Positions 1 through 9,475 are shown, numbered from the stretch's first letter. The stretch is 64,000 bases of DNA from Alphaproteobacteria bacterium (GCA_017412085.1 JAFPYS010000004.1:2671-66670); one strand, 5' to 3'. Notes: generated by a model from the letters alone, not told the origin. Translations and numbers: made by a program.

Positions 1-1342
1 CGGCCTCGCTTTGATCGGGTTGAGGTTGTTGTTCTGGTTGATCCTGTTGCTGTTCAGCAGAATCTTGTTGCTCATCGGATTCTTTGTCTTGATTTTGCTG
101 ATCTTGCTGATCGGGATTATCTTGCCCCTCTTGATCGTTTTGATCAGAATTTTCCTGATTCTGTTGATCTTGATTGTTTTGGTTGTTTTGCGAATTTTGA
201 TCTTGCGGAGGTAATTGTTTTTCTAAATACTCCTTGTTAAAACGCGCATCTTCATCGTCCGGATTTTGTTTTAATGCTTCGGCGTATGATTGAATAGCTT
301 CTTGAATTTGACCAGCATGAGCCAGGGCGTTCCCTAAATTATAGGGGTGATCTTTGAAACCTTGAATGGCTTTGTCATAATGGCCCTGTCGATAATCTGT
401 AATGGCTTGGGTTTGTTGTTGATACATTTCCTGATCGGGCCTTAAAAAGAATGAAGCGTGCGATGGAATACATACGAGGAACAGAATAATAAACAAAAAG
501 CCTTTGCGGAAGGTGAGTGCAAAAAAGGGCAACAAGATCAAAGCCAAAAATCCAGCCAAGTCTGCCCAAACGTCAGTTTGTTCGCTTATGTCAAGCTGCA
601 TAGTTGTTTCGGGATTTGTTGCGTCTAATAAAGATAAAATATCGGAGGCATCTGGTGTTTTTGCATGATAAGTTCCCAATCTTTTTAAGGCAGGCGAGAT
701 GGCACTGTCATCAAGGCCTAGAATGCCTAAAGGATAGGGGGTTTCGATGTTCTTTGTATCAACACCACCGGCAGTCAGATAAAGGATGCGTCCTTTGCCC
801 CCCGTTTGTTTAATTAAATCGTTGGCTAAACTAAAGGCGGCGGCTGGTTTTTGTGCGGTTGGATTTGGCAAAACAGAAGGATCTAAAGTGGGAATAATAG
901 CTCGAATTAAAGCCCGATCTTCTGTCAGAGGAATGGCGGTATATCCTTTGTCGTCATATAAAACCAGCGCGGTGCGATTTCCCTTTAATGCGGTCAGTAA
1001 ATCATGCAACTTAATTTGAGCTGCTGTTAATGAGGATCCCTGCATAGCGGGACCCAAGTCAAAAATAATCACAGTGTTAGGTAAATCGCGGCTAACTGGG
1101 ACAGGCAGTTTTTGAAAAGCTGGACCTGCGGCAGCAATCACAAAAGTTGACCACAGCCCGATCAACGACCAACGCCACAATTTGTAGCGTGCACTCTTTT
1201 TGCCACCGATAATTAAATAGGGCAATAAATTGGCATCAACCCATTTTGTCCAAGGGGTTTCAGTAGGCTGATAATGCCGAATAATGCGAGATATAAATGG
1301 AATGAGCAATAGCAAAAGAAGGAACGGTCGAATAAAAATCAT
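1..1342 (-). CDS. BatB-like membrane protein with degenerate VWA region, TPR and Q/N/D-rich tail; the 3-prime end runs off the window
   Basis: Absent from the ORF track because no stop lies in the window. My translation from the ATG at 1342 gives MIFIRPFLLLLLLIPF..., a TPR-like stretch YRQGHYDKAIQGF..GNALAHAGQIQEAIQSYAEALKQNPDDEDARFN, then QNNQNNQDQQNQ low complexity through position 1. ATGA start/stop overlap with the upstream batA-like gene. Confidence 0.6.
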   Translation of the reverse strand, partial: MIFIRPFLLLLLLIPFISRIIRHYQPTETPWTKWVDANLLPYLIIGGKKSARYKLWRWSLIGLWSTFVIAAAGPAFQKLPVPVSRDLPNTVIIFDLGPAMQGSSLTAAQIKLHDLLTALKGNRTALVLYDDKGYTAIPLTEDRALIRAIIPTLDPSVLPNPTAQKPAAAFSLANDLIKQTGGKGRILYLTAGGVDTKNIETPYPLGILGLDDSAISPALKRLGTYHAKTPDASDILSLLDATNPETTMQLDISEQTDVWADLAGFLALILLPFFALTFRKGFLFIILFLVCIPSHASFFLRPDQEMYQQQTQAITDYRQGHYDKAIQGFKDHPYNLGNALAHAGQIQEAIQSYAEALKQNPDDEDARFNKEYLEKQLPPQDQNSQNNQNNQDQQNQENSDQNDQEGQDNPDQQDQQNQDKESDEQQDSAEQQQDQPEQQPQPDQSEA

Positions 1343-2325
1343 GCGCGCCCTCCAATTAAAAAGCCCAACATCCACAAGGTTAAGCCAGCTAAGATAAACC
1401 AATACGCCATTTCTTTCCTGGGACGTATGGTGGTTTCTTCGGCTTTGGTTGTTTCCAATTCATCAATAAGATTATAAATTTTTTGCAAATCTGCTGTGGT
1501 TTTGGCGCGGAAATATTGTCCACCCGTTTCCGCTGCTACGTGCTTAAGGGCATCCTCATCCAGATCCAAGGATGGATTGATCTGAACAAAGCCCAAAAAA
1601 TCTTGAATTGTTTGGCGATCAGATCCGATGCCAATGGTATAAACTTTCACGTTTGACTTTTTAGCCAGTTGAAGGGCTTCTTCCAATTGAACAACGCCCG
1701 CATTTGCAAAGCCATCGGACATTAAGATAACAATGCGTGCTTTTTCGGGGACAGAAGCAACTGTTTGAACAGCCAAAGCCAAGCCGTCACCCATGGCGGT
1801 CTGATTGCCCGCAATACCAATGCCAATTTCATCCATAAGCCCCAACAAGCTTTTTGTATCGGGCGAAAGTGGAGTATAGGTGTAGGCTTCTGAACCAAAA
1901 ATAACTAAGCCCAAATTATCACCTTTGCGTTTTTGAATAAAGTCTTGGGCTAAATGTTTGACCATGTTTAACCGTGTCATAGGACGTCCATTCACATCAA
2001 AGTCTTCTTCTTCCATTGAGCCCGAAACATCCATGGTTAGAACGATGTTACGCACTTCTTTTTCCTGCATAATTGGATCTCCAATCCAGACAGGACGTGC
2101 GGCGGCTGTGACAAATAAAATCCAAACAAGGGTCCACAAAAGTGGAGAAAGTGCGCGATGAGAAACACTGCGTTGATTTCCAAGTTTTTTTAAACGTTCA
2201 AAAAAGGGGACTTTTAACGCGCCAGGCATGGCCTGTTGTTCGGAATTTGAGGCAGATAAAAGCTGCCGCAAAATCAGTGGCAAAGGCAGTAAAAGAAAAA
2301 CAAAAGGCCAAACAAATTGATACAT
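1339..2325 (-). CDS. BatA-like von Willebrand factor A domain membrane protein
   Basis: MIDAS motif in VLTMDVSGSM. N-terminal TM MYQFVWPFVFLLLPLPL and C-terminal TM. The ORF track start at 2361 is possible, but the MYQF start fits the family N-terminus better. Confidence 0.75.
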   Translation of the reverse strand: MYQFVWPFVFLLLPLPLILRQLLSASNSEQQAMPGALKVPFFERLKKLGNQRSVSHRALSPLLWTLVWILFVTAAARPVWIGDPIMQEKEVRNIVLTMDVSGSMEEEDFDVNGRPMTRLNMVKHLAQDFIQKRKGDNLGLVIFGSEAYTYTPLSPDTKSLLGLMDEIGIGIAGNQTAMGDGLALAVQTVASVPEKARIVILMSDGFANAGVVQLEEALQLAKKSNVKVYTIGIGSDRQTIQDFLGFVQINPSLDLDEDALKHVAAETGGQYFRAKTTADLQKIYNLIDELETTKAEETTIRPRKEMAYWFILAGLTLWMLGFLIGGRA

Positions 2326-2417
2326 GTTTATCAGTATAAAAATTTTTTTATAAAAAGGCAAGGGGTATACTTGACAGCTTGAATAAAAAAAAGTACCTTA
2401 TACGAAAGGAGTTTTGG

Positions 2418-3176
2418 ATGGTCTCATTAATTTTTTTGGCTTTAGTTCAAAGTTTGACGGAGTTTTTGCCCATCAGTTCGTCAGGACATTTGTTGTTGGC
2501 CAGTTTGTCGGGGCTGTCTCACCAAAGCATAGGGGTGGATGTTGCCTTGCATGTTGGTACGCTGTTGGCGGTTATCATTTATTTTTGGCGTGATATTTGG
2601 GATATGATGTCGCTCAGGAATTTGCGCCTCATGATGCAGCTGTTCGTCGCGACATTGCCTGTTATTGTACTTGGATTAATAATCCATTATTTCCACTTAC
2701 CACTTTTGCGTGGAGCTATCATTGTTGGAATTTGTTCAATCTTTTTTGGATGGTTATTATGGCGTGTAGATGATAAGTACCCGTGTCACCGCAAGATCGA
2801 TCAAATGGAATATAAAGATGCGTTTTTAATTGGACTTGCCCAAATTTTGGCCCTTATTCCCGGGACAAGTCGTTCGGGCATTACGATGACATGTGCGCGT
2901 TGGCGTGGTTTTAAGCGTGAAGAAAGCGCACGTTTTTCAATGCTGCTTTCCATCCCAACAATTGCGTTAGCTGGCATGTATACAACCTGGCAAGCATTAG
3001 AAGGAAAAATTGAACTGCCCGCGCCGACGGATTTAGGTGTGTCTATGATTGCTGCCGCACTCTTTGGTTTGATGGCCATTGCGTTTTTGATGAAATGGGT
3101 GCAAAAAGCTTCATTCTTTGTCTTTGCGCTTTATCGCATTATTTTGGGCATAGTAGTTATTTGGTGCTTTTGGTAA
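2418..3176 (+). CDS. uppP: undecaprenyl-diphosphate phosphatase
   Basis: LPISSSGHLLL and PGTSRSGITM motifs in a polytopic protein. AAGGAG RBS lies 7 nt before the ATG at 2418, so the track start at 2379 is probably too early. Confidence 0.9.
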   Translation: MVSLIFLALVQSLTEFLPISSSGHLLLASLSGLSHQSIGVDVALHVGTLLAVIIYFWRDIWDMMSLRNLRLMMQLFVATLPVIVLGLIIHYFHLPLLRGAIIVGICSIFFGWLLWRVDDKYPCHRKIDQMEYKDAFLIGLAQILALIPGTSRSGITMTCARWRGFKREESARFSMLLSIPTIALAGMYTTWQALEGKIELPAPTDLGVSMIAAALFGLMAIAFLMKWVQKASFFVFALYRIILGIVVIWCFW

Positions 3177-3245
3177 AAAAAGCTTGTAATTGGAAAAATT
3201 ATGAGTGTATATTTGATATACAAATTTAAGAAAGGAGAATATAAA

Positions 3246-3680
3246 ATGATAACAAATGAATCTGGCCGTTCAATGGTCGAAATGTTGGGTGTGTTAGCCA
3301 TTATTGGTGTCTTATCCGTTGGTGGTATCGCTGGCTACACAATGGCGATGAAAAAATACAAAGCCAATGAATTGGCAAATGCCGTTTCAATGACAATTAT
3401 TGCCGCAGAAACAGCTGGGACAGAAACAACATATACGGCAAAATATGGTACATTTCCTTCGGGGTTGGATCCCGTCACAAACATAAAAGTGACCCCGGCA
3501 ACGTCTAGCGCAGCTATGCAAATTCAAATTCAAGGATCCACAGCGCCAACAGACGATACATGTGCTTTTTGTAAAACATTTAAAGACAGTGTCGGCTCTT
3601 CTATGGGAGGACAGACTGTAAACATTACTTATGGCTCAACAAGTGGTGGTCATAGTGCTTCCGATTCTGCGATTAAATAA
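3246..3680 (+). CDS. type IV pilin-like protein with class III signal-like N-terminus
   Basis: MITNESG/RSMVEMLGVLAIIGVLSVGG: a Gly, then Glu at +5, then a hydrophobic helix. AAAGGAG RBS before the ATG at 3246. The C-terminal part is small, variable and contains Cys. Confidence 0.55.
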   Translation: MITNESGRSMVEMLGVLAIIGVLSVGGIAGYTMAMKKYKANELANAVSMTIIAAETAGTETTYTAKYGTFPSGLDPVTNIKVTPATSSAAMQIQIQGSTAPTDDTCAFCKTFKDSVGSSMGGQTVNITYGSTSGGHSASDSAIK

Positions 3681-3711
3681 AAGCAAACATCCCGCTTAAC
3701 CGACGGGATGT

Positions 3712-3912
3712 TTATTTTTTTAGCTCTTTTAAGACATAGACTCGTATAGCGCTGGATAAATTACCGGTATGAGTATTGTCGATTTGCATTAATAATTGGC
3801 GGACGGCCAATCCTTTTTGTTGGGCAATATCTTTTAATGCTTGCCAAAATTCATCTTCTAAGCAAAAACTAGTAGCATGTCCGGATAAAACAACAGAGTG
3901 TTTACGAATCAT
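3712..3912 (-). CDS. ribbon-helix-helix (RHH_4-like) small protein
   Basis: HSVVLSGHATSFCLEDEFWQALKDIA..NLSSAIRVYVL resembles the alphaproteobacterial RHH_4 family. ATGA overlap with sspB. Confidence 0.6.
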   Translation of the reverse strand: MIRKHSVVLSGHATSFCLEDEFWQALKDIAQQKGLAVRQLLMQIDNTHTGNLSSAIRVYVLKELKK

Positions 3913-4316
3913 TTTTTTCTCCGGCGGCTGGCTAAATCGATTACCTCTGCAGGATGATCTTGTTCTTTTTGGGGCATTGGTAAGGGGGTAAAATTAAACC
4001 CAAATTGGGCATCGGGATCCACGAATGCTTTTAATGTATGAAAAGGAATAACGACAGTGCTGGTAACACCGCCAAAACTTAAGTCCACAGAAAATTTGTC
4101 TTCATCCACGACCAAGTTTTCAAATTGATTTTGTAAGATAATGGTCATTTCTTTTGGATATTGGGGGCGCATAAAATCAGGGATGGTTGCTTGGGGTGTT
4201 TCAAAGGTAATCATGTAATAGGCCCCATCCGTCAATCCATTTTTAGCAACATCTGCTAAAATATCATGGGTGGCAACGCGAAAAGCCTTTTGTAGAAATG
4301 GTGTGTAATCCTTCAT
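3909..4316 (-). CDS. sspB: ClpXP adaptor SspB (alpha-type)
   Basis: N-terminus YTPFLQKAFRVATHDILADVAKNGL..YYMITFET and an acidic/basic C-terminal tail are typical of the SspB fold. The gene sits directly downstream of ssrA. Confidence 0.7.
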   Translation of the reverse strand: MKDYTPFLQKAFRVATHDILADVAKNGLTDGAYYMITFETPQATIPDFMRPQYPKEMTIILQNQFENLVVDEDKFSVDLSFGGVTSTVVIPFHTLKAFVDPDAQFGFNFTPLPMPQKEQDHPAEVIDLASRRRKK

Positions 4317-4321
4317 AAAAA

Positions 4322-4632
4322 TCCCCTTATAAAAGTGGGGATGATTCTGTTGCTAGGTTCATCCCCAAACCCCACTGATGTCGCTAAATGGACTTCAGGA
4401 TCAAATGTTGCTTTAGACGCAATTAAGCGGCCATTGCAACGCGAGCATTATCGTTCGCATTTATTTTTTTTAGCCCGATAACGGTGGATACCATGCCGGA
4501 TACAAAGCGAAATCTTTACTATGCGTGTCGAAACTGTGTCACCCCCATAAATGGTGGAGGTGTCGGGTACCGCCCCCGAGTCCACAACATCTATTCCATT
4601 TGCCGTTTAGCATCATAGTCAGTTGCCTGACG
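4322..4632 (-). ncRNA. ssrA: two-piece (circularly permuted) tmRNA
   Basis: On the minus strand the acceptor piece ends ..GGACTCGGGGGCGGTACCCGACACCTCCACCA, with the CCA ending at 4552. The coding piece starts GGGGGTGACACAG at 4546. GGGGGTG pairs with CACCTCC and gives a G3:U wobble. Tag ORF 4458..4423 is GCG AAC GAT AAT GCT CGC GTT GCA ATG GCC GCT TAA, i.e. ANDNARVAMAA. Terminal hairpin ATCCCC..GGGGAT plus a T-run at 4317-4343. Outer ends are approximate. Confidence 0.85.
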
Positions 4633-4638
4633 GGTATT

Positions 4639-4667
4639 ATTATACCTTAAAATGTGAAAAAACGCAA
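4639..4667 (-). promoter_or_regulatory. sigma70-type promoter for ssrA
   Basis: Minus strand TTGCGT (4667..4662), 17-nt spacer, TATAAT (4644..4639), immediately after the amiC stop. Confidence 0.55.
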
Positions 4668-4669
4668 GC

Positions 4670-5845
4670 TTATTGTTCTACATGTTTCGTAAAGTATGTA
4701 TTGACGGCACGCACCAATGCCTTGGAAAGTTTATTACGATAACTTTCTTTTTGTAATTGTTTGTCTTCGTCGCGGTTGGACAGATAACCCATTTCTAGCA
4801 GAACGGATGGGATATTAGGTGATTTTAAGACAGCAAATCCCGCATAACGGTGTGCTTTGGGGCGCAAGGTCACTTCCTTAGCCATTTCTTTTACCACTTC
4901 GTCTGCATATTTGGCGGATTGATCCATGGTATAGGTTTTAGCAAAGTCAATCAAAATATTGCCCACTTCGGGTTGATATTCACTTAAATCCATACCAAAC
5001 AAAATATCTGCTTTATTGGCGCTTTCAGCTAAGGCAGCGGCTTCTTTATCGGAAGCTTTTTCAGAAATGGTATAAACAGACAGTCCCTTGGCGGAAGAGC
5101 TGGCGGCGCTGTCGGCGTGGATGGAAATAAATAAATCAGCGTTGGCCTTGTGTGCTTTTTCAATGCGCCCGCGCAAGGTAACGTAATAATCTTTATCCCG
5201 CGTCATAACAACTTTATAACCAGCTTTTTCCAACAAAACTTTTGTTTCTTTGGCCATTTTTAACGTTAGATCCTTTTCATACTTGCCAGATCTTGAAATA
5301 GCGCCTGGATCTTGCCCGCCGTGCCCAGGGTCCAACATGACAATTTTCTTTTTGGTGACAGATTTTTTGGCTGGCTCAGATTTTTGGGGTGCTTGAGTGG
5401 CGATGTTTTGAGCGTCGTTAGAAAAGGCCTTAACACTTACTTGGGGCGTGTTGTGTTTTAAATCTATCACAAAGCGCCAGGGGCTGCCCGCCTGGGGCGC
5501 AAGAGTAAAGTGCTTTTCGGTCACATTGTCCGATGGTAAATCCAAGACGATTCGTGTTGTTGAGGGGGTTGGCTTGCCCGTTCGAATGGACGTAATAAAA
5601 CCAGTGGTTAAAAATCGTTTTTCGCGAACCCCGGGCTCAAAGGGCGCATTTTCAACATCAATTACCATGCGTGGCGGATTGGATAGGCGTGAAAGCTTTA
5701 TTTCGGCCTGATCGCTTAAATCCACGACAAAACGAACATTTTGCGCATCATTGGCAGAAAGCCGTAGATCCTGAATTTTTTGTGCGACCGCAGATGTCGC
5801 CATGAAAACGGCACAGAGCAGAAGTACAAATACTTTTTTTAACAT
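4670..5845 (-). CDS. amiC: N-acetylmuramoyl-L-alanine amidase with N-terminal AMIN domain
   Basis: Signal peptide, AMIN-like RFVVDL..RMVIDVENA, and Amidase_3 motifs MLDPGHGGQDPGA and ISIHADS. Confidence 0.88.
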   Translation of the reverse strand: MLKKVFVLLLCAVFMATSAVAQKIQDLRLSANDAQNVRFVVDLSDQAEIKLSRLSNPPRMVIDVENAPFEPGVREKRFLTTGFITSIRTGKPTPSTTRIVLDLPSDNVTEKHFTLAPQAGSPWRFVIDLKHNTPQVSVKAFSNDAQNIATQAPQKSEPAKKSVTKKKIVMLDPGHGGQDPGAISRSGKYEKDLTLKMAKETKVLLEKAGYKVVMTRDKDYYVTLRGRIEKAHKANADLFISIHADSAASSSAKGLSVYTISEKASDKEAAALAESANKADILFGMDLSEYQPEVGNILIDFAKTYTMDQSAKYADEVVKEMAKEVTLRPKAHRYAGFAVLKSPNIPSVLLEMGYLSNRDEDKQLQKESYRNKLSKALVRAVNTYFTKHVEQ

Positions 5846-6082
5846 TTTTCTCCCAAATTCAAAAAAACACTTGCTTATTTCTTCATATACCTATATAATA
5901 AAAAAAGCAATTAAAAAATTGCTGCCAAAAAAATTTTTGACAACGAAGGTGAACATTTTAATGGTTACGATGTGCTACTTTTTCATGTTCCTGATGGGCG
6001 TTTCAATGACGGCCCAAGCGTTGTCTTTTGCATCGAAAGATGCCCCAAAACAATTTTTATTTAATATGAAGGAATTACAATT

Positions 6083-8065
6083 ATGTCAAAACAAATGCTT
6101 ATTGATGCCACGCATCCCGAGGAAACGCGCGTGGTTATATTGGACGAGGGTCGGCTGGATGAATTAGATGTCGATACTGCCAATAAGAAACAAATAAAGG
6201 GAAATATCTATTTAGCGAAAGTGGTTCGCGTTGAACCGTCTTTACAGGCTGCCTTTGTGGAATATGGTGGCAACCGTCATGGCTTTTTGGCTTTTGGTGA
6301 AATTCATCCGGATTATTATCAGATTCCGGTGGATGACCGTGAGGCCTTGAAAAAAGAAATGGCAACAGAAACGGATAGCGATGAGACAGAAGAAAACGAT
6401 ACAGATGTGGAAAATGTGAGCGAAAACGACGAAGTTGTGCGCGTTCGCCCATCTTTTTATAAAAAGTATCGGATTCAAGAAGTCATTCACCCCGGCCAAG
6501 TGATGTTGGTTCAGGCCGTCAAAGAAGAACGGGGCAATAAAGGTGCCGCCATGACAACATATTTATCATTGGCTGGTCGCTTTTGTGTGTTGATGCCAAA
6601 TAACAGCCGCGGTGGTGGTGTGTCTCGTAAAATTGCGAACGCACAAGATCGCAAAGATTTGCGAGAAATCGTGGATAAATTATCAATTCCAGAAGGAATG
6701 AGTGTTATTGTTCGGACGGCTGGTCAAGGTAAAACAAAAACAGATATTAAGCGCGACTTTGATTACCTGATTAAGACTTGGAGCCAAATTCGTGAGTTAA
6801 CGCTTAAATCCATTGCGCCTAAATTAATTCATGAAGAAGGAGACATTATCAAACGCTCTTTGCGTGACGTGTTTACAACTGATATTGATGAAATTATTGT
6901 TGAAGGTGAAAATTCCTTTAAGACAACAAAGGCGTTGGTCAAATCCTTAATGCCGGCTCAGGTGAAAAAGGTAAAAGAATATAAGGGAAAAGTCCCTTTG
7001 TTCTGCCAATATCAAGTGGAAGCTCAGTTGGAACAAATTCATAACCACATTGCACGCTTGCCATCCGGTGGGTATATCGTGATTGATCAAACGGAAGCGT
7101 TGGTGGCTGTGGATGTGAACTCAGGTCGTTCTACCCGTGAGCACAGCATTGAAGAAACGGCATTGCAAACCAATTTGGAAACTTGCGAAGAATTGGCTCG
7201 TCAATTGCGTTTACGCGACCTGGCCGGATTGGTTGTGATTGACTTTATCGATATGGATGAACCCAAAAACAATGCCGCGGTTGAACGCCATTTAAAGGAA
7301 GCTTTGAAGCGTGATCGTGCGCGCATTCAGGTGGGGCGTATGTCGGGCTTTGGATTGATTGAAATGACACGTCAACGGTTGCATTCAAGCTTTTTGGAAT
7401 CCAGTTATAAGCCTTGTCCACATTGTGGTGGCTTGGGTGTTGTGCGTTCTGTGGAATCCAGCGCCATGCATGCGTTACGTTTGTTGGAAGAAGCTGCTAT
7501 CAAGAACACACGGACACAGTTAATGTTGTCTGTGACGCCAGAGGTGGCTGAATATTTGTCTAACAATAAACGTGTCCATTTGTTGGAATTAGAGAAAAAT
7601 TATCAAGTGGGCATCCAAGTGATCTCTGATGAAACTTTGCAACGCGTTGATGACTTTAAGTTGGAGCGTATTCGTGAAGACGGAAACAAGGTTGCCGTGA
7701 ATAACGAAGGGGCACCATTGCCACACGGACCAAAGGTGGATTTGGCGGCCTTGGGTGATGAAATCGTGATCGGCGATGATGTGAAAGGTCGTCGCGGTCG
7801 TCGTCATCGTGATTGGCGTCATCGTCGCAACAAAGATAAACAAAACAATGCTGAAAACGTGGCCGAGCCAACATCCGAGGAGAATTTCAAGGTGGTGGAA
7901 CAGGCGCCTTTGGCCGAGGTTGAAAAGGATCAAGCAGAGCAAAAGAAAGACAATCGTCGCTCTCGCGGGAAAAAGCAAGAGGATAAACCGACAGAAGAAA
8001 AGCCGGTTTCAACCGAAGAAGCAAAGCCCGCCAAAAAAGGTTGGTGGAACCGGTTGGTCAGCTAA
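6083..8065 (+). CDS. rne: ribonuclease E/G family endoribonuclease (short RNase E)
   Basis: S1 domain GNIYLAKVVRVEPSLQAAFVEYGGNRHGFL, catalytic AVDVNSGR, Zn-link CPHCGGLG, and an Arg/Lys/Glu-rich C-terminal tail. Confidence 0.9.
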   Translation: MSKQMLIDATHPEETRVVILDEGRLDELDVDTANKKQIKGNIYLAKVVRVEPSLQAAFVEYGGNRHGFLAFGEIHPDYYQIPVDDREALKKEMATETDSDETEENDTDVENVSENDEVVRVRPSFYKKYRIQEVIHPGQVMLVQAVKEERGNKGAAMTTYLSLAGRFCVLMPNNSRGGGVSRKIANAQDRKDLREIVDKLSIPEGMSVIVRTAGQGKTKTDIKRDFDYLIKTWSQIRELTLKSIAPKLIHEEGDIIKRSLRDVFTTDIDEIIVEGENSFKTTKALVKSLMPAQVKKVKEYKGKVPLFCQYQVEAQLEQIHNHIARLPSGGYIVIDQTEALVAVDVNSGRSTREHSIEETALQTNLETCEELARQLRLRDLAGLVVIDFIDMDEPKNNAAVERHLKEALKRDRARIQVGRMSGFGLIEMTRQRLHSSFLESSYKPCPHCGGLGVVRSVESSAMHALRLLEEAAIKNTRTQLMLSVTPEVAEYLSNNKRVHLLELEKNYQVGIQVISDETLQRVDDFKLERIREDGNKVAVNNEGAPLPHGPKVDLAALGDEIVIGDDVKGRRGRRHRDWRHRRNKDKQNNAENVAEPTSEENFKVVEQAPLAEVEKDQAEQKKDNRRSRGKKQEDKPTEEKPVSTEEAKPAKKGWWNRLVS

Positions 8066-8083
8066 AAAAAACTAAATATCAAG

Positions 8084-8116
8084 ATCCCCGAGCACTTGCC
8101 CGGGGATTTTTGTTTT
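8084..8116 (+). terminator. rho-independent terminator after rne
   Basis: ATCCCCG (8084-8090) pairs with CGGGGAT (8101-8107) and is followed by TTTTTGTTTT. Confidence 0.7.
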
Positions 8117-8146
8117 GCAAAAAAATCCCTCCGATTGCTCGGAGGG
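8117..8146 (-). terminator. rho-independent terminator after mscL
   Basis: CCCTCCG (8127-8133) pairs with CGGAGGG (8140-8146). The T-run on the minus strand is the complement of AAAAAAT at 8120-8126. Confidence 0.7.
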
Positions 8147-8173
8147 GTAAAATATGCGCTTAAGTTTGTATTC

Positions 8174-8608
8174 TTATTTCTTTTTACCTTTGCCCAACTC
8201 ACTTGTGCAATGAGGACAGCGTGTAGCGTTCAGAGGAATTTTGCTGCAACAATATGGGCACATCTTTTCAGACGGTGCTGGTTTTTCTTCAGCTTTTTCC
8301 ATCTTGGCACGTACCGTATTAACGGCTTTCACCAACATGAATACCGCAAAAGCGACGATGATAAAGCTGATCACGTTATTAATGAATAAACCATAATTAA
8401 TCGCAGCTGCATCGGGCCCATCACCCAAAACAAATTTTAATTCAGAAAAATCAACTTTGCCAAGCAACATGCCCAAAGGTGGCATCAACACATCGGACAC
8501 CAAGCTGTTGACAATCTTACCGAAAGCGGCACCAATAATGATACCAACGGCCATGTCAAGCACATTACCTTTTAACGCAAATGTTTTAAATTCTTTCAAA
8601 ATACTCAT
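8174..8608 (-). CDS. mscL: large-conductance mechanosensitive channel with C-terminal CxxC..CxxC zinc-ribbon-like tail
   Basis: [33 protein letters not shown] is the canonical MscL N-terminus. The C-terminus reads [22 protein letters not shown]. Confidence 0.9.
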   Translation of the reverse strand: MSILKEFKTFALKGNVLDMAVGIIIGAAFGKIVNSLVSDVLMPPLGMLLGKVDFSELKFVLGDGPDAAAINYGLFINNVISFIIVAFAVFMLVKAVNTVRAKMEKAEEKPAPSEKMCPYCCSKIPLNATRCPHCTSELGKGKKK

Positions 8609-8623
8609 AATTTTCTCCTTTCT

Positions 8624-9475
8624 TTAGTTTAAATGAAATAAGTCCGCATATTTTAAAGCTAAACCAATCACAAAATTATCACCAGCCTTGTGTGCGCCTC
8701 TGGCCTTGCCTCGGCGATAACTGGCATACGGTGCAAACGTGACTGTATCCGTTAAATTGACTTCAAATTTACCGGTTAAGTCTAAATCATATGTCAAATC
8801 TGTACTGACATATTTTGAATAGTGAAAATAATCTGTATAGCGCGCAGTTCCCGTTAACTTTACACCTTCGCGCAGTGGGTATTCCAAACGAGTGCCGATT
8901 TCCCATGCAAATTTTGTGTTTTTATCATGCGAATATGTAAAATCATATTCTTCCACAAATGCAAAATACAGTTCTTTCAAATATTCTCCCTCAAAGGCTT
9001 TGATACCCTCACGAGCCGACAAAACTTTGTAACGGGGTGAATCTTGATTGGCAGTAAATTCTGTTTGAAAAGCCAACTGACCAAAAGGACCTACGTCAAA
9101 ATCAGATACTTGCCATGTTTTAAAGGCATATTCAGTGGATAACCAAATCTTATCCGCACTTTCTGTGGTTTCATCTGGTCCGTCAACGGGTTTAATTTTA
9201 ACTTTACCATAATTTAAAAACAAATTGTTGCGCCACATGCCGATGTCATTAGCATAATCCAACAATGCGTCTAATGTACCAACAATATTATATTGGCTGT
9301 CCATATTAAACTGAGAAATGGGCGAATCCTGATATTCTCGTGCATTGCCAACAGTTGTATTGGAATAGCTGAGTGAAATTTCACGCAGGTTTAAGTTCCA
9401 TTGATTGCCTTCCGCATCTTCAGCCATGGCTGGCAATGCAGCAGTGCAAAGCAATAAACAGAGTAGTTTTTTCAT
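8624..9475 (-). CDS. secreted putative outer-membrane beta-barrel protein
   Basis: Signal peptide MKKLLCLLLCTAALPAMA/ED. Alternating aromatic/polar beta-strand pattern throughout. No family assigned. Confidence 0.5.
   Translation of the reverse strand: MKKLLCLLLCTAALPAMAEDAEGNQWNLNLREISLSYSNTTVGNAREYQDSPISQFNMDSQYNIVGTLDALLDYANDIGMWRNNLFLNYGKVKIKPVDGPDETTESADKIWLSTEYAFKTWQVSDFDVGPFGQLAFQTEFTANQDSPRYKVLSAREGIKAFEGEYLKELYFAFVEEYDFTYSHDKNTKFAWEIGTRLEYPLREGVKLTGTARYTDYFHYSKYVSTDLTYDLDLTGKFEVNLTDTVTFAPYASYRRGKARGAHKAGDNFVIGLALKYADLFHLN

Noticed and set aside
11-214. 67-aa Leu/Ile-rich plus-strand ORF at the window start
   Set aside because: It is the antisense reading of the CAA/GAT/AAC-rich low-complexity tail of the minus-strand BatB-like gene. 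It has no RBS and an implausible composition.
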